Source: Camelus ferus (lineage: Eukaryota). Taken from it: DNA of 64,000 bases. This document shows, one piece after another, positions 26,961-40,285 of this stretch (positions within the stretch are counted from its first letter, which is position 1; the number at the start of each line of letters is the position of its first letter). Location of the stretch: assembly GCF_009834535.1 (NCBI RefSeq), contig NC_045697.1:82276001-82340000 (forward strand), read 5' to 3'. The translations under genes were made by a program, and so were the position numbers. Below the pieces are notes generated by a model, which searched no databases, was not told where the DNA came from, and was given only the letters and a program-made list of their open reading frames with translations.

Positions 26961-27639
26961 AGGCTTGAATGTGAAAGGAGTAGAAAAACAAGTGGGCTAG
27001 CAAATTTACTATTGCTTTGATTTGATAAAATTGAAAATAAGAACATGTTTTTGTTCAGAAGGATCACACATTTTTCAATGAAGGGAAAGGAACACCAGAT
27101 TGTTTGTACAGATCATTCAAAACACCTAGTTACCAAATGTTGGAAGTTGTTTGGGGCAGTATATTGAGATATATAGAAGAACCAAGAGATGAAATCAGTT
27201 TGGCAAGGAAGGATAAGTGTTCAGTTTGATTATGAAGTAATTTTGATTATGAGATGCATGAAGTAAATTTAAATATCCATGAGATATTGATAGGTGTTGA
27301 GATGGGAGAGAATAGCTAAAGCAAAGAAGTCAGTATAAGTGTGAATTTAAAAATCATTGTGACGTGTTGAAGTCTCTTTGTACTTGCTGAATTCCAAAGG
27401 AAAGAAAAAAAGAAAAATCAGAGGATAGAGCTTATGTAAAAGTAAAGTATAGAGAAGAAGCAGGATTTCCACTTTATACTTAAAACTTTAAGATGATGAG
27501 CTCCTATTCTATTAATTTAATATTATAATCTATTTCATTAATCATAAAATTTCAAAACATTTAATCAAAAGTTGAGTGTAGAATTATTTTGTTTTATTTT
27601 TAAAAATTAAGGATTTAAAAAAAAATCTAAAATATCATT

Positions 27640-28540
27640 TCCTATTTTATATGCTATGAAGAAACTGTAAACAAAATTTTCAAAGAGAACAAAAGTATCC
27701 GTTAGATGTATGCAAGTACTCTAGTGCAGAAAATGAAACTTAAAAAATAAAGACATATTCTGAAATGAAGAGACACACTATAGTGATAAAATTATTTTTA
27801 TATATTTATTCTGGTAAATTAATAGAAAAATTGAAAATTCACGAATAGGGAAATTAAAATATAAAGATTAGAGCTGTGCAAAAAAAAAAAAAGATGAAGC
27901 AGTGTTTATCATATAAGTAAATGTGTTCCACGGGATTATGAAATGTACTGAAAAACCCAGAATTAGAGATGCAGTATTTGAAAATGATATATTAAGCTTA
28001 ACTATATGACTCTACATCCTGATACTTTACCTAAAATTAAGAAATGTGCAGAAATTTGAGCGTAGATGTAAAAATAGAACAAGCGTCTCATCTTAAATGA
28101 AGGCAGGGCAGTTGTTACAGTTAATTCTTATGATTGACCATAAAAGAAAATGAAGTTCAAAATAGTTTAAACTAACATTATTTCATTTATTCCAGATAAC
28201 AGAGGGTAACATGTCTAAAGTGCATACAGCAAATGTCCTAAAAAAATTAAAACAAATGTAGAAACCAGGAAACTTGATGATAAAAGTAAAATTAATATGA
28301 CTGCTCAAAAGATAAACCTCACATGACTGACATATGTATACTTAGAGGTTTGTATTCTGCAAGAGAAAGCAGACACATGATCATATCAAATATTCATGGA
28401 ACATTTACAGAGAGCCCAGAAAGTTATCTAAAGACATCTAAAGTGTGGTCCAAAGAGAAATATTTAAGAAATAAATAACTGGAATATTTTAAAAAAGGAT
28501 GCAAGTATTTGGAAATTCAAAACTATTCTCAGAAATAGAC
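27640..28540 (+). mobile_element. Very degraded old L1 (L1ME-like) fragment
   Basis: A-rich, with the endonuclease-region motif CAAATATTCATGGAACATTTAC. Boundaries uncertain. Confidence 0.4.
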
Positions 28541-29404
28541 CAAACCATCATAATCTCTGGTTTGTTAACAACAGCACATAAGTATAATTTATAATACAAT
28601 CATGAGTGTTTGGGAAAGAAAAAGTCCATTGTTAAATAAAGATGAAAAAGTTTGACTCATAGAATTATCTCACTTTGTTCTTTCTGTCACAGATCTCAAA
28701 ATAAAGTAAAATGTATCATTACGGATGAAAATAAATATTTTTAAAGTTTGGTAGATCTAAAGAATATATAGAAATGAAAATGTATTTCTGGTTAAGTATT
28801 TAAAAGTAACACATAGCTTTTTTTTCAAGTAAAAGCTTAGGACAATTGTTAGGAATTTTTGGCATTAGTACTTCCAAGCAGATTTTGGTACATAAAGTAG
28901 GTAACATAATTCTCAATTTTTATTTAATATTCTCCATATTGTGATATTTTATGAATAACACTATGTCAGTAATATTTGGATAAATTACTACTTTTTAACT
29001 GTTATATATGACCATATTTTTCTCATTCCTCTAAAGATAATTTCATTGTAAATATTTTGTGTCAGTGGTAGAAATGCAGCCTCCCCCAGTTAAATTATAT
29101 TCACCTGAAATCTTAAAACACCAATGAATGCTTCCAGGGTAAAGTTAAGAGCTGAAGTCAAATGGCCTGGGGTTTTATTTTGATTGTATCTCTTACAAGC
29201 TATACAACTTTAGCTCTTGAGATCCTATTATATGTGAAAAAGGGTTAATCATAATACCTAATCTTTAGTTTCAACACCCATTTGGGTTTAATGGACTGGC
29301 AAAGTACAGATTGTTGTTGAATATTTTCTGGATTGCTCATTCATTAATTTTTTAATTCACTCATTCATTTAAAAATATTTTCTGAAATGCTGCTGTGTTG
29401 AAAT

Positions 29405-29532
29405 TTTTTTATACTTTTTTTTATTTATATACATATATTTTTATTGAAGTATAATCAGTTTACAATGTTGTGTCAATTTCTGGTGTGCAGTACAATACAT
29501 CAGTCATATAGGAACATACATATATTCGTTTT
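29405..29532 (-). mobile_element. Short young L1 3' end inserted in an L2 remnant (~29335-29620)
   Basis: T-tail then TTGAAGTATAATCAGTTTACAATGTTGTGTCAATTTCTGGTGTGCAG..TCAGTCATA. Flanks CATTCATTTAAAAAATATTTTCTGA and CTCTGCCCTCCATGGGCTTATATTCTAGTG are L2-like. Confidence 0.8.
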
Positions 29533-32500
29533 GGTTACATTAATGAACATATAAAAATCTCTGCCCTCCATGGGCTTATATTCTAGTGATTGCCAGACCA
29601 AAATGTAAAAGCAGCTAAACATGGTAATAGTCTCAGAGAAAAAGCACAAAGAGCAGCTATTTATAAACTTTATTTTATTTGATTGTGCAGAATTGGGATT
29701 TTTTTAAATAACCAAATTGGGGATTCAGCCCAATAGGTTTAAAAAGTGAAGTTCAAGTGCAATTATTTATTTATTTTTAATTATTAAATTAAAATTTAAT
29801 TATTAAAGTTTTAATTATTAAGATTTAATTATTAAACTACTCATTTAGAATATTATGAATGTTTCTATTACTTCTTGTTTCATTTTTCATTTTTTGATTC
29901 TTAGCTTTCCAACTCTTTTTGTGTACTAAGTAAATGTGAATGAGTTGAGTAATTCAGAGGACAGCTGTTGTTTTGCAGTACGTTTGACAATCTACATTGA
30001 CTGACTACTGCTTTTTTTTTTAACCATTGGTATTTTTCCTCAAACTTACTATCTCTTTAACTGAAAGGAAAGGAGAGGGGGAAATAATTAAATGTTTTAA
30101 GCCTTTGCTATCTGTCTAATGATTTAATGCCTTGAAATGCCCATAGCACTCATGGGAGCTATGCTCTCATATTAGAATTATTTAATGATAAAAAATGGAG
30201 ACTAAACTGGTAATTGACAGAAAATATTTGATCCCTGATTGATCTGATACCACAGTTTATTAACTTTATTACACAAAGTTGAATTTGGACAAGTTATTGG
30301 AGAAAGGCAGCATTCTCTCTGCATAATCAACCACACAAATGAAGACAGGGAAGTTTGTGCCAGAATATGACTGATACATTTCTAGGAGTAACTGAGATTT
30401 CTATGGATTTAAACCCACCTTTATAGGCTGTTACAAAGCATACGATGGTAGAGTTAAATTGTGATCCTGAGTACTTTCATACCCAGCACTTTGATGGTGT
30501 TGTCATTAGATATCTCTGGACTGAATATGTGAAAGTGATTTAACTATAACTAGCCATGAAACAGTCACGGTATTATCACCAATTCAGATGTGAATGTTTT
30601 CTGCTAAAAATTACGTCTCTTTGAATACGTGCTTCTTGATCTGTCAGATATTGACCAATAACCTGCAAAACTTTGCATTGCTCTTTTGTCCAAATACCCA
30701 GAGACTCAAACTCTTAAACATTTCTAAGCATCAGCCTCATCAATCATTTTGACAGCCACTGGGGTGGATCAGAGACCCGTGAAAAGTCACATTATGGTTG
30801 AAAAACAACTCAGTAGAAAACTGTTGAAAATGAAAACTCTCCATCATTCTTACATAGTTTACCTACTTGAATTTTCATACTTCAGCAGAAAAGAGAATGA
30901 AAACAGCAAGTACAATGGCAGGTAAAAAGTGAGAACCTAACTTCACTGATTTGTATGTTCTTTCTCAAATATGCTTTGAGAACATTTGTTTACTCATTAT
31001 TTAGATGCTTGTATAATACATGTTTCAATTTCTAACTTGAATTTTTCTGTATCAGTAATTGATAAACAACTCCTTCAAAACTCATTTAATTTCCTCCTAA
31101 TGAAATTTCTCATTGAAGATTATATGCTTCCTAGCCATGTTTTTAAAAAAGTAATTTTAACTTGCATAAAAAGTACGGGAACTGCTGTTTTTTTTTAATT
31201 TGATTTGTTTGTTTTGGAAAAAAAGTATCACTTTTTTCCCTAAAATGAATGTTTGTAATCTGAATGATTGTATGTTTGAAAAGTTTGGCTTTTCTAGCTG
31301 AAATACAATTCAGGCTGTCTGTGAAATAATGTTGCCAAAATATCCCCTAAACAAAAATTAACTAGTAAACTAAAATTAGCTCTAAATTCAGTTATGTAAA
31401 AGAAGATATATATGTGCTAAAAACAGAAGAATTAAAACTTTTTTCCTAGAAAATTTTGTAATAATTTTCTCTTTTAAAAACTTCAAATAATTTGACCATT
31501 ATTCCAAATGAAAGAATTTTAGTTCATCCCTTTCTCAATTGTTATCACACTTAAATACTCTATTTGTGATAAAACAGTATATTTAAATTACTTTTCTCTA
31601 TTGATTGTCTTTCATATTGTCTGAATTTATTTTTAATAAGTACCATTAGCTGTGAAAAGCTTTCCTAGAAAAAAATCTACCTCAAGTGTCTGAAACAGAG
31701 TTATTTAGAAATCATTTTAAGATGATGAAATGTAGATATTGAATTTATATATTTAATTTTCAATTTGACTGAATTATTTCAGACAAAGATCTAGCCTTAA
31801 GAGTACTTTCATTGCAAAAACATTTTTTTTTTTGGAGGTAATCTCTTATTCTGTTTCTGCTACATAACTTTAACTGGATTTGCAAATAATGTTGCGTTAA
31901 AAAGCCCATGAGAGTTTTTAAAGCAATATATTTCAACAAGAAAATGTATTGAATATTCTGATGGCATGAGGCAAGAGGTAAAGTTTTTAAAAAGTATAAT
32001 TTTAACATACTGGTTATAATGATCAAATTATAGAAAATAAGGCAAAATATACATTTAATATTTGTAGGTGAAGAACAAATTCCATTTTTCAGTGTTTACT
32101 TTAATTAAAGTTTTCTTGGTAGTTTCCTGAAAAGATGCAATTGATGCTTGCTTGCATACGAATCACAGTCTCCTGTGTTTCTAGGCTCACAGTCAGTCAT
32201 TGCTTGAGAGCTTTATCTATTAATAGAGTCACTCGAGTTACTCTCATTATGTCTTCCTAATCTTTGACTCTGCCACAAATATCGATCTGAAAATGGATTG
32301 CCTAAGGACAGTAGCACCATGAATTGCTAGGTATTCTTAAAACAATTAGAGACACTTGCTCTTGTACGAATGGATAGTGAAATCTGTCAGCCTGATCAGA
32401 TAAGGTTGTATTACCCCTGGACTGAAGAGACTCCTCGGAAACGTTCTCCACGTATGTCCATATTCCACTTCTCATGATAAACACACTTAATATACTTTAT

Positions 32501-33192
32501 TTCTATATAGTTTTTTCTAAGAAATCTTCATTTTGGGGAATATGTGATCAAGAATAATATTGAATCAAGACACTACTTGACACACCAGTTATAACAGGTA
32601 AAAAAAAGTAGTAAGTCTTGAATAAAATAGTGTATCAAATTTTTGTACAAAATGGACTGAGCTATTCTAAAATCCTGCATATATTCCCACCTCTTTGTCA
32701 AAATACATCAATGTATATAAATCTTAATTAAAAACACAAGTATTTAGGTCAAGATTAAGTCATTATAAAGCATTGTTATATCCTCAATGTTAAAGTAACT
32801 CACAGAAATTCATTTTCATTGACTTTGTAATTGTCAGACCTTATAATCATTTCCTATGTATCTGGACCATAAATTAAAATACCTGACAATATAAATAGCA
32901 TAATGATATCATTCATGTACATGATTTAAAATTTTAATAAGTGTTATGATTTTTTAAGACATCATCAGTTTAGAGGTGTCTCCTTAGACTTGACTGGCTT
33001 ACTCTTTAAAAAATACTAGAAACTGAATTATTACTATTTTTATTATCATCTTGATTTATTACTTGACTTTTTAATATGTATTATTTTATCTCATTAAGTG
33101 ACAACAAGCCACAAAGGAATGTTTTTTCTGCATATCATATGTATGATAATGATTATCCCAACAAAGGCTTTTCAAATAGAGACACATTGTTC

Positions 33193-33637
33193 CTTTTTTG
33201 TTGATTTATAATGTGTTAGTTTCAAGTATACAGCATAGTGATTCATTTTTGTTGCAGATTATATTCCATTACAAGTTATTAGAAGATATTGGTTGTAATT
33301 CCCTGTGCTATATAGTAAATCTTTGTTGCTTATCTATTTTATGGAGAGTAATTGGTGTCTGTTAATCCTATACTCCTAATTGGTCCCTCCCTCCCCTCTT
33401 CTCCTCTTTGGTAACCGTAAATTTATTTTCTGTGTTTGTGAATCTGTTTCTGTATTGTATATACATTCATTTGTACTATTTTTTTTAAATCTCATATACA
33501 AGTGATATCACATAGTATTTGTCTTTCTCTGATTTATTTCACTAAGTATAACATTCTCTAGGTCCATTCACATTGCTGCAAATATAATATTATTATTTTT
33601 AATGACTGGGTAATATCCCACTACCTATTTATCTAGG

Positions 33638-33694
<57 letters not shown>

Positions 33695-34445
33695 TGCATC
33701 TTCTTAAGCCAGTTGTCTGTTAATGGGCATTTTGGTTGTGTCCATGTTTTGGCTCTTATAAACAATGCTACTATGGGCATTGTGGTGCATGTATCTTTTC
33801 AAACTAGTGTTTTAGTTTCTTCCAGGTATATACCCAGGAGTAGGATTGCTGGATCATATGGTAGTTCTATTTTGAATTTTTAGAGCAACCTCCATGTTTT
33901 CCATAGTGGCTGCCCCAATTTACATTTGCACCAACAGTGTAAGAGGGTTCACTTTTCTCCACATCCTCTTAACATTTGTTGTTTGTACACATTTTGATGA
34001 TAGCTGTTCTGACAAGTGTGAAGTGATATCTCCTTGTGGTTTTAATTTACTGTTCTCTAATAATTAGTAATGTTGAGCATCTTTTCATATGCCTGTTACC
34101 CATCTGCATTTTTTTTCTTTGGAAAAATGTCTATTCAGGTCTCCTGCCCATTTTTTGATTGGGTAGTTTGTTGTTTTGATACTGAGTTGTATGAACCGTC
34201 TGTATATTTTAGATATTAATCCTCTTTTGGTCTTATCGTTTGCTAATAATTTTGCTCATTCCATATGATGTGTTTTTATTTTATCGATGGTTTCCTTTGC
34301 TGCATGAAAGCTGTTACGTTTGATTAGGTCCCATTTTTTTATTTTTCTTTTATTTCTTTTGCCTTGGAGACTGATCTCAGAAAACATTGCTATGATTTAT
34401 GCCAAAATGTGTTTTGCATATGTTCTCTTTTAGGAATTTCATGGT
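33193..34445 (-). mobile_element. 5'-truncated L1 (3' UTR plus end of ORF2) with a degraded TSD
   Basis: Canonical antisense L1 3' blocks (ATTGCTGGATCATATGGTAGTTCTATTTT, CATAGTGGCTGCCCCAATTTACATT). TSD AGACACATTGTTC (33180-33192) / AGATACATGGTTC (34446-34458). Confidence 0.92.
33638..33693. repeat. Compound microsatellite (TAGA)11(CAGA)3
   Basis: Read directly; lies within the L1 3' UTR. Confidence 0.95.
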
Positions 34446-34714
34446 AGATACATGGTTCATGATTTATCCATTCACTCATGCGACAAATGTTAATTTCACA
34501 TGTAAAGATCTGGTACTGTGTTAGTTGTGGAATTCATAGTAAAGGACAAAAATTACAGCCACACCTCACAGATAGACTTTAGTTGAATGAAAGTGAAATT
34601 GAATTTGTATGTATTTTACACAAATTTTGTTATGTTCACCCAAACTGATTTTTTTGAAAAAAATGAGATAGGCATGTACATCATGAAAGAAGCCACCTAC
34701 GATTTGAAAAACAT

Positions 34715-35070
34715 TGTTGACCTGTAATAAATCGACTGTCAGATATTTCTCTAGCAAAGATGAGATTATTTGGGATCAATAATTTGGGGTCTACAACTAT
34801 GGTGAGCCATGTGTGAGTCCCTTATACAGCAAGGGAAGAAAAATACTTTCATAGAGAGAAAAAGGAAATTGGAAGGGCTATAATAAACAAAAAATCTGTG
34901 GTTTTTCTGTGATTGAGTCCTTGCCAGGAAAGAAGCTTTTCTTCTTCCTATTGGACTCTGCTATCACTGCAGGTCATGAGAACTCCTCCTTCTGGTCTCC
35001 CAACTCTATTTCATTGACATTTCTGTTTATTAATTTTTTTATGTTTTCCCTTTTTGATTCAGATCTTTTT
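34715..35070 (-). mobile_element. ERV1-like 3' LTR with adjoining PPT
   Basis: The minus strand reads AAAGATCTGAATCAAAAAGGGAAAA (cf. ERV1 internal end gatcttgatcaaaagggggaaa), then an LTR with a CCAAT motif ending ..GGTCAACA at ~34715. Confidence 0.6.
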
Positions 35071-35124
35071 CTGAAAGCATATATTTTTTATTATGATAAT
35101 GTAATACTCTCCCCCTGAAGACTG

Positions 35125-35365
35125 AAGGTGTATACTTAAAAATTTGCTGAGGATAGATCTTATTTAAGTGTTCCTGTCACAAAAATAATAGTAATAATAA
35201 AGAAGGTAGAGAAAACTTTTGGAGTTTATGGATATGTTTATGGCATAAATTGTGGTGATGGTTTCATGGCTCATCTCAAAACTCATCAAGTTGTATACAT
35301 TAAATATATACAGCTTTTTGTATGTCAATCATACCTCAATAAGTAGCTTAACATTTTAAAAATAA
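35125..35365 (+). mobile_element. L1MB-type 3' end
   Basis: GTATACTTAAAATTTGCTGAGGATAGATCTTAT..AAACTTTTGGAG..GGTGATGGTTTCATGG..CATCAAGTTGTATACATTAAATAT..ATACCTCAATAAG. Confidence 0.85.
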
Positions 35366-35659
35366 ATACCTTTTTAAAAGTTATGCTTACCCTAGTTTGT
35401 TGATTATAAAATAATTTAAATATTGAAAAATAGTCTTGCAAATCTTTTTCTTAAAACTGAAGAATTCCTCCATTATGTGTCTGTAGTAATTTATACATTT
35501 TACTTTTTAAAAAATCTATGTTCCAACTTGTCTAGAATGAAGGCCCATAGTAATAGTAATAAACTTGAAATTACATATACATACTACATACCAATTAGAA
35601 TATAAAATGGAACCTTTAAATAACTAATTCAATCCTTTACTGAAAAATACTCTCAACTC

Positions 35660-36171
35660 TGAAGGAATTCAGAATGTGCCATCTCAGAAAATGCTGGTGT
35701 CGCACATTTAATATTTTGAGTTACAGGCCCTTGAAAACAATAAATACAAGAGAAGCACTCTGAATTTCCTTTTTTTTTTTTCAAAAACAGGAGGTGAAAT
35801 TCCCATGTGTAAGGTGCCCTCCCTATATCAAAAGGAAAGTAACATTCTTATCAAGGATGAGAAATCGAGGCCAAGAGAATCCTATACAAACAGACCTTGT
35901 TAAAATAATTTGTATCTTCCTTTAGCTTCCCCACGTAATGTAGTTACTTCTGCACAATTGCCTCTCCTTGTTCAACCTAATATAAAAGTAGGTAGGTTTT
36001 GCCATTCTTAGGTTCTTTATTCTTATGAAGGCTCCCATGCCACATAAAACTTGTTTAAAACAGATCCATATTTTACTGCTGTTGATCTGTCTTATGTCAA
36101 TTTAATTCTCAGGCCCAGCTAGGAAAAAAAAAGCCTAAGATGGTAAAGGTAGGGGAGATGCCTCCCCTACA
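35660..36171 (+). mobile_element. MER34A-type ERV1 solo LTR with a perfect 4-bp TSD
   Basis: TGAAGGAATTCAGAATGTGCCA..AAACAGACCTTGTTAAAATAA..TATAAAAG..TCTGTCTTATGTCAATTTAATTCTCAGGCCCAGC..CCTCCCCTACA. ACTC at 35656-35659 and 36172-36175. Confidence 0.9.
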
Positions 36172-37439
36172 ACTCCAATCCAAGGCAATTTCTAAACTAT
36201 GTCAAAGAAAATATATAGGCATTTAAATATGCAAATAAAATAATATTTTAAATTAAGGTAATTAAAACCAAGAATTCAGATTAAGTACATGAAAGCAAAT
36301 AAACACAGATATTAAACAAGAAGCCGTTTTAACAGATTGCAATTTACAGTCAGTAAAGGGAAATACCAATGGCATGTATATAAACAGGATCATCAGGAAA
36401 TTTTTTGAGTGTGATTAGAGAGATCTGGTTACTTTTTTCATATTCTAAAGCATGATAGTAAGCTCCTTAAAAGGGTGTAAATGATTAATAATAATGATAA
36501 TAATAACTATGGAAAATATGTGTAACCCAGTCCTTATTGGTTCTAAAGAAAAACATAAAGGATCTGATCTCATTAGATTATAAACAGAGAAGGACCTCTT
36601 AATGCTTTGATGTCATAAAAGGCAAGGTCGGACCATCCAAGCTCTCAGAAATTTCTGCCCTGGCCCCTATCACCCTCACCCCTCTACTGCCAAAGCTCTG
36701 TTCAAACACAACAATTTCATGTTGCATAATTTGATTTTATATTCCCTGCGACGAAAACTTTTGTGCTATATTCTGTTATGTTATAATAGAATGCATAAAC
36801 ATGCAATGAGATTTAAAGACTACAAAAAGCCATTTAGTTAATGAAGATACTCCCAGATGCAATATATTTAAGATCCTTAAAATGTTTTTTAGAAATCCAA
36901 AATACTCCAACAATAATTTTATATTCCACGGATGCAGCAAATACTTACATTTCAGTATAATGGGATAATATTCTTGACAGAAGATTAATCATGATGCTTA
37001 TGATGGTTGAGGATGTGGTTAGGATAATGTCAATGATAATATTAAGTCCTGCTCTACAGAATGAAAGATTCAGACATGTTGGCATATGTGTCAGGATAAA
37101 GGAAACAGCATATGAGGATCTAAAATCTTGGCAGATGTGTCATTTCCAGCTGCCAGTCTGGGAGCAGGTGCTCATAAATAAGGTACAATATAGAAACAGC
37201 TTCCAATCGAGTTCCTGAAGCACTAATATTGCAACCATTTTACTTTTCCATACTTTTATCTTAGAAGTTGCCAGGGAACATAGATTGGATTTTGTCCCTT
37301 GTAACTGAATAGAAGCATCTATAGAGCCAATAACTCAAAAAGTAAAGACTTCATATTCACCTTCAATTTGGAGAAGCAATACAAGTGAAGGCAATCTATG
37401 ACAGTCATGAGAGAAAATGACAGAGAGAATTACAACACT

Positions 37440-37700
37440 TCTTATTAACCACGTTTACCATCTGCTGGGCTACAGCACTGAGATGTCTTTTATATATTAA
37501 CTCACCGAATCCTCAGAAATATTCTTTGAGGTGGGTAATATTAATATCATCATCATCCCCATTTTTATTAAGATTAACCCTAGGCAAAAGTACTTTAATA
37601 ACTTGCGCAGGGTCACACAGCTCGAAAGTGACAGAGCCAGAAAATGACAACGAGGTCATCTGACCTCTGATTTCACACTCTCAGCAACCAGACTGTATTG
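37440..37700 (-). mobile_element. MIR SINE (near full length)
   Basis: Antisense MIR: TTAACTCACCGAATCCTCA..ATCCCCATTTT..AACTTGCGCAGGGTCACACAGCT..GACAGAGCCAG. Confidence 0.8.
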
Positions 37701-38684
37701 CATGTCTTTAATGACATTTAGACAATCTCTTCTCATTTTTTCTCCATTATTAGCTTCAGGAGAAAAAGAAAGAAAATACATTTTCTGTAGTCATTTTCTT
37801 TCCTTTTAATTTTTTTTAATGTATTTAGGATTCCTCTTCAAAGACTTCATGTTAAACTACCTAATATTTAAATTACATTATTTTCATATATAGCTAACAT
37901 ACGCTATAATACAAATTACTTAGAGTTTATCATTATAAAGACAGCTGATGAATGCTGAGTTAAGTCAAAAGCCGATAAAAGAAATATAATCTTCAATATT
38001 TAGAAGTAGTGTTAAAAAGACTGGCAATTTTGATCTAGAAGGAAAAGAATATATTGCTTTTAACTGATGGTTGGCTTCAATATGGCTGAAGAAGGAATCT
38101 CATCTATCTCCTATTTGTGGAAGGGCCAGGGGGGCAGAGACCAAATTTGCAAGTGACTGTCTTCTGTCTGTTACCCCAAAACATAATAGTAATAATTTAA
38201 TACTATAATTGCACCCCTAAACTCTTCATTCGGAATTTTAAAAATTTCTAGATTTAATGAACTCATCAAGAAGATAGTCTCTGAGCATATGGTAAGGTGA
38301 AAAATCATGCCTTGATGATAAAGGGGAAAAAAGAGAAAAAGAAAAAAGACGAATCCTTAAAGAAATTGATGTTTGCAAGAGAGAACTAGAATATTTAGTG
38401 AATGCATAAATGAATATAAGGAAAGTTTTAGCAGAATGGTGCAATGTTTTCTCTGAAAGCAGCTAGCATGCCAAATATATTGGGTCATAGATTCCACAGT
38501 CAATACTTCACAAGTCTCAAATACTTTAAATCCTCATTACCAAGAAGACAGATTTCCAGGTTCTTAAAATTTCAAACACATTTTTAGAAGATGTTGGGGA
38601 GTTCAAGGAAAAAAGAATAAGATGTATATTAATACAATTCTGTTTTTTTTTTTTAAAGCATTTAACATCTTCACCATAAAGTGT

Positions 38685-38780
38685 GCATTATACTTCAGGT
38701 TCACAGGAAGTAGACCCTAATGTAAAGTTAGTGTGAAAGATATTAATTATTTAATATTCTCAGGATTTACACCTGTGGTT
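38685..38780 (-). mobile_element. LTR16-like (ERV-L) LTR fragment
   Basis: CAGGTTCACAGGAAGTAGACCCTAA..TCTCAGGATTTACACCTGTGG resembles the reverse end of LTR16. Confidence 0.4.
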
Positions 38781-40285
38781 AATTTTTAAAAAAGCTTAGT
38801 GAATGTATGTTGGTTTTTATGGGGAAACATTCTTGTTTAATTTGAACTGGAAATTTTTATACTTATCCTTAAATTCATTACTTAATAAATCCATATAATT
38901 TTCCAATAAGATAATTTGGGTTCTCACAGCATTTTTTTCCCCCAGAGTTCTGTGTTAGAAAACTGAAGTCCTTCCTACTTCACAGTTGTCGGACAGGCAA
39001 CTCTGGGGAGGAGCTCTCAGGTCATTGTCTGCTCAGCCCAGGAGCTATGCGGGGTTCTGTCTTTCCGGGAGGCAGGGCTAAGCCTGATGAGGCTCCTTGT
39101 CCCAAGACTTGTGGGACTGGAGGGTTTGATGTCCTGATGCCAGAAATGTTTGCCAATGCTCATTTACAATAAACGTTTCTAATCTTGGCTGATGAAAATT
39201 AAAATTTCCCTGATAAGATCTGAAGGGAATTTAATCAAAAATGTTATCTTTTTTTAAAAAAATAGGCTTTATAAAACTTGATTAGAGTATTATGATTCAA
39301 AGTATATAACTTTTGAAAGAAGCTGCTCGTGTTTTAGCTGAAAATAGTTTTAATTTATCGTAGAATTCAAAAGTGTAGGAAGTTACCATACTCATTATCA
39401 TTTTACCCAAGCATCCTCTCATTCCAAGGGAAAATACTGATCAGATTTGAGGAGCATGAGCACTCACTGTCTGCTCCACACTGACAGAGCTGTCAAGTGG
39501 GAGAAGCAGAGAAAATGTCTATCAGCAGCCAAAACTCATTCTCTTTCTCCCTGACACAGTGTCTGGGTCATTATATAGAGATTGTACTATTGCTTTAGAT
39601 GCCTTATGCTCTGTTAACATCCAGTGTCTCTTGATTTCTCAGAGTGAAACTGGTTAGACATTTTATTTGTAGTATTCTGCTAATTATTCCAGAAAAAAAA
39701 TGTAGAAGCGGAGAAAGGTCACCTACCATTATCCATATTCCTGTAACCTCAAAGTAACTATTTTAATAAATATTGTTTTATCTTTATCATTTATGATGGA
39801 TGTACATGCATCTTTTAGAAAATTAATAAATGTTAAGGAATTGAACTCGTACCGCAATAATGATAATCATCTTTACCATTTCCATGATTCAGCAAATTGT
39901 TTGACTTTATAGATATTACATTTCTGTTAAGCTTACAGTAATCCTTTTTTATAATGAGTTTTTTCTGTAGGATAATTACTACCTAGTGCTTTCTTATTAT
40001 AATATTGATTCTAATCTTACAGTAACCTTAGAAACTCAGTCTCATGATAATGCCACATTCCTTATCTCTTCTTTCCCATTTGCTTTCATCTCAATGAATG
40101 CCATTCTCTCTTTCCTTTTGAGTTATATACATATATTTTTAAATATTTATTAAAGTTTCTCTGTGGAAATGTGAGGGCATACACATACATGCAAAAACCC
40201 AAAAAGCTAATTTTTTGTACATATATATATAGTACATATATATATTTCATATATATATAGTATATCTATATTTTATATATATATT

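Noticed and set aside
30614..30662. Minus-strand 48-nt open segment VIGQYLTDQEARIQRD between AG and GT
   Set aside because: Purine-rich acceptor context and a weak GAC|gtaatt donor; no recognised protein.
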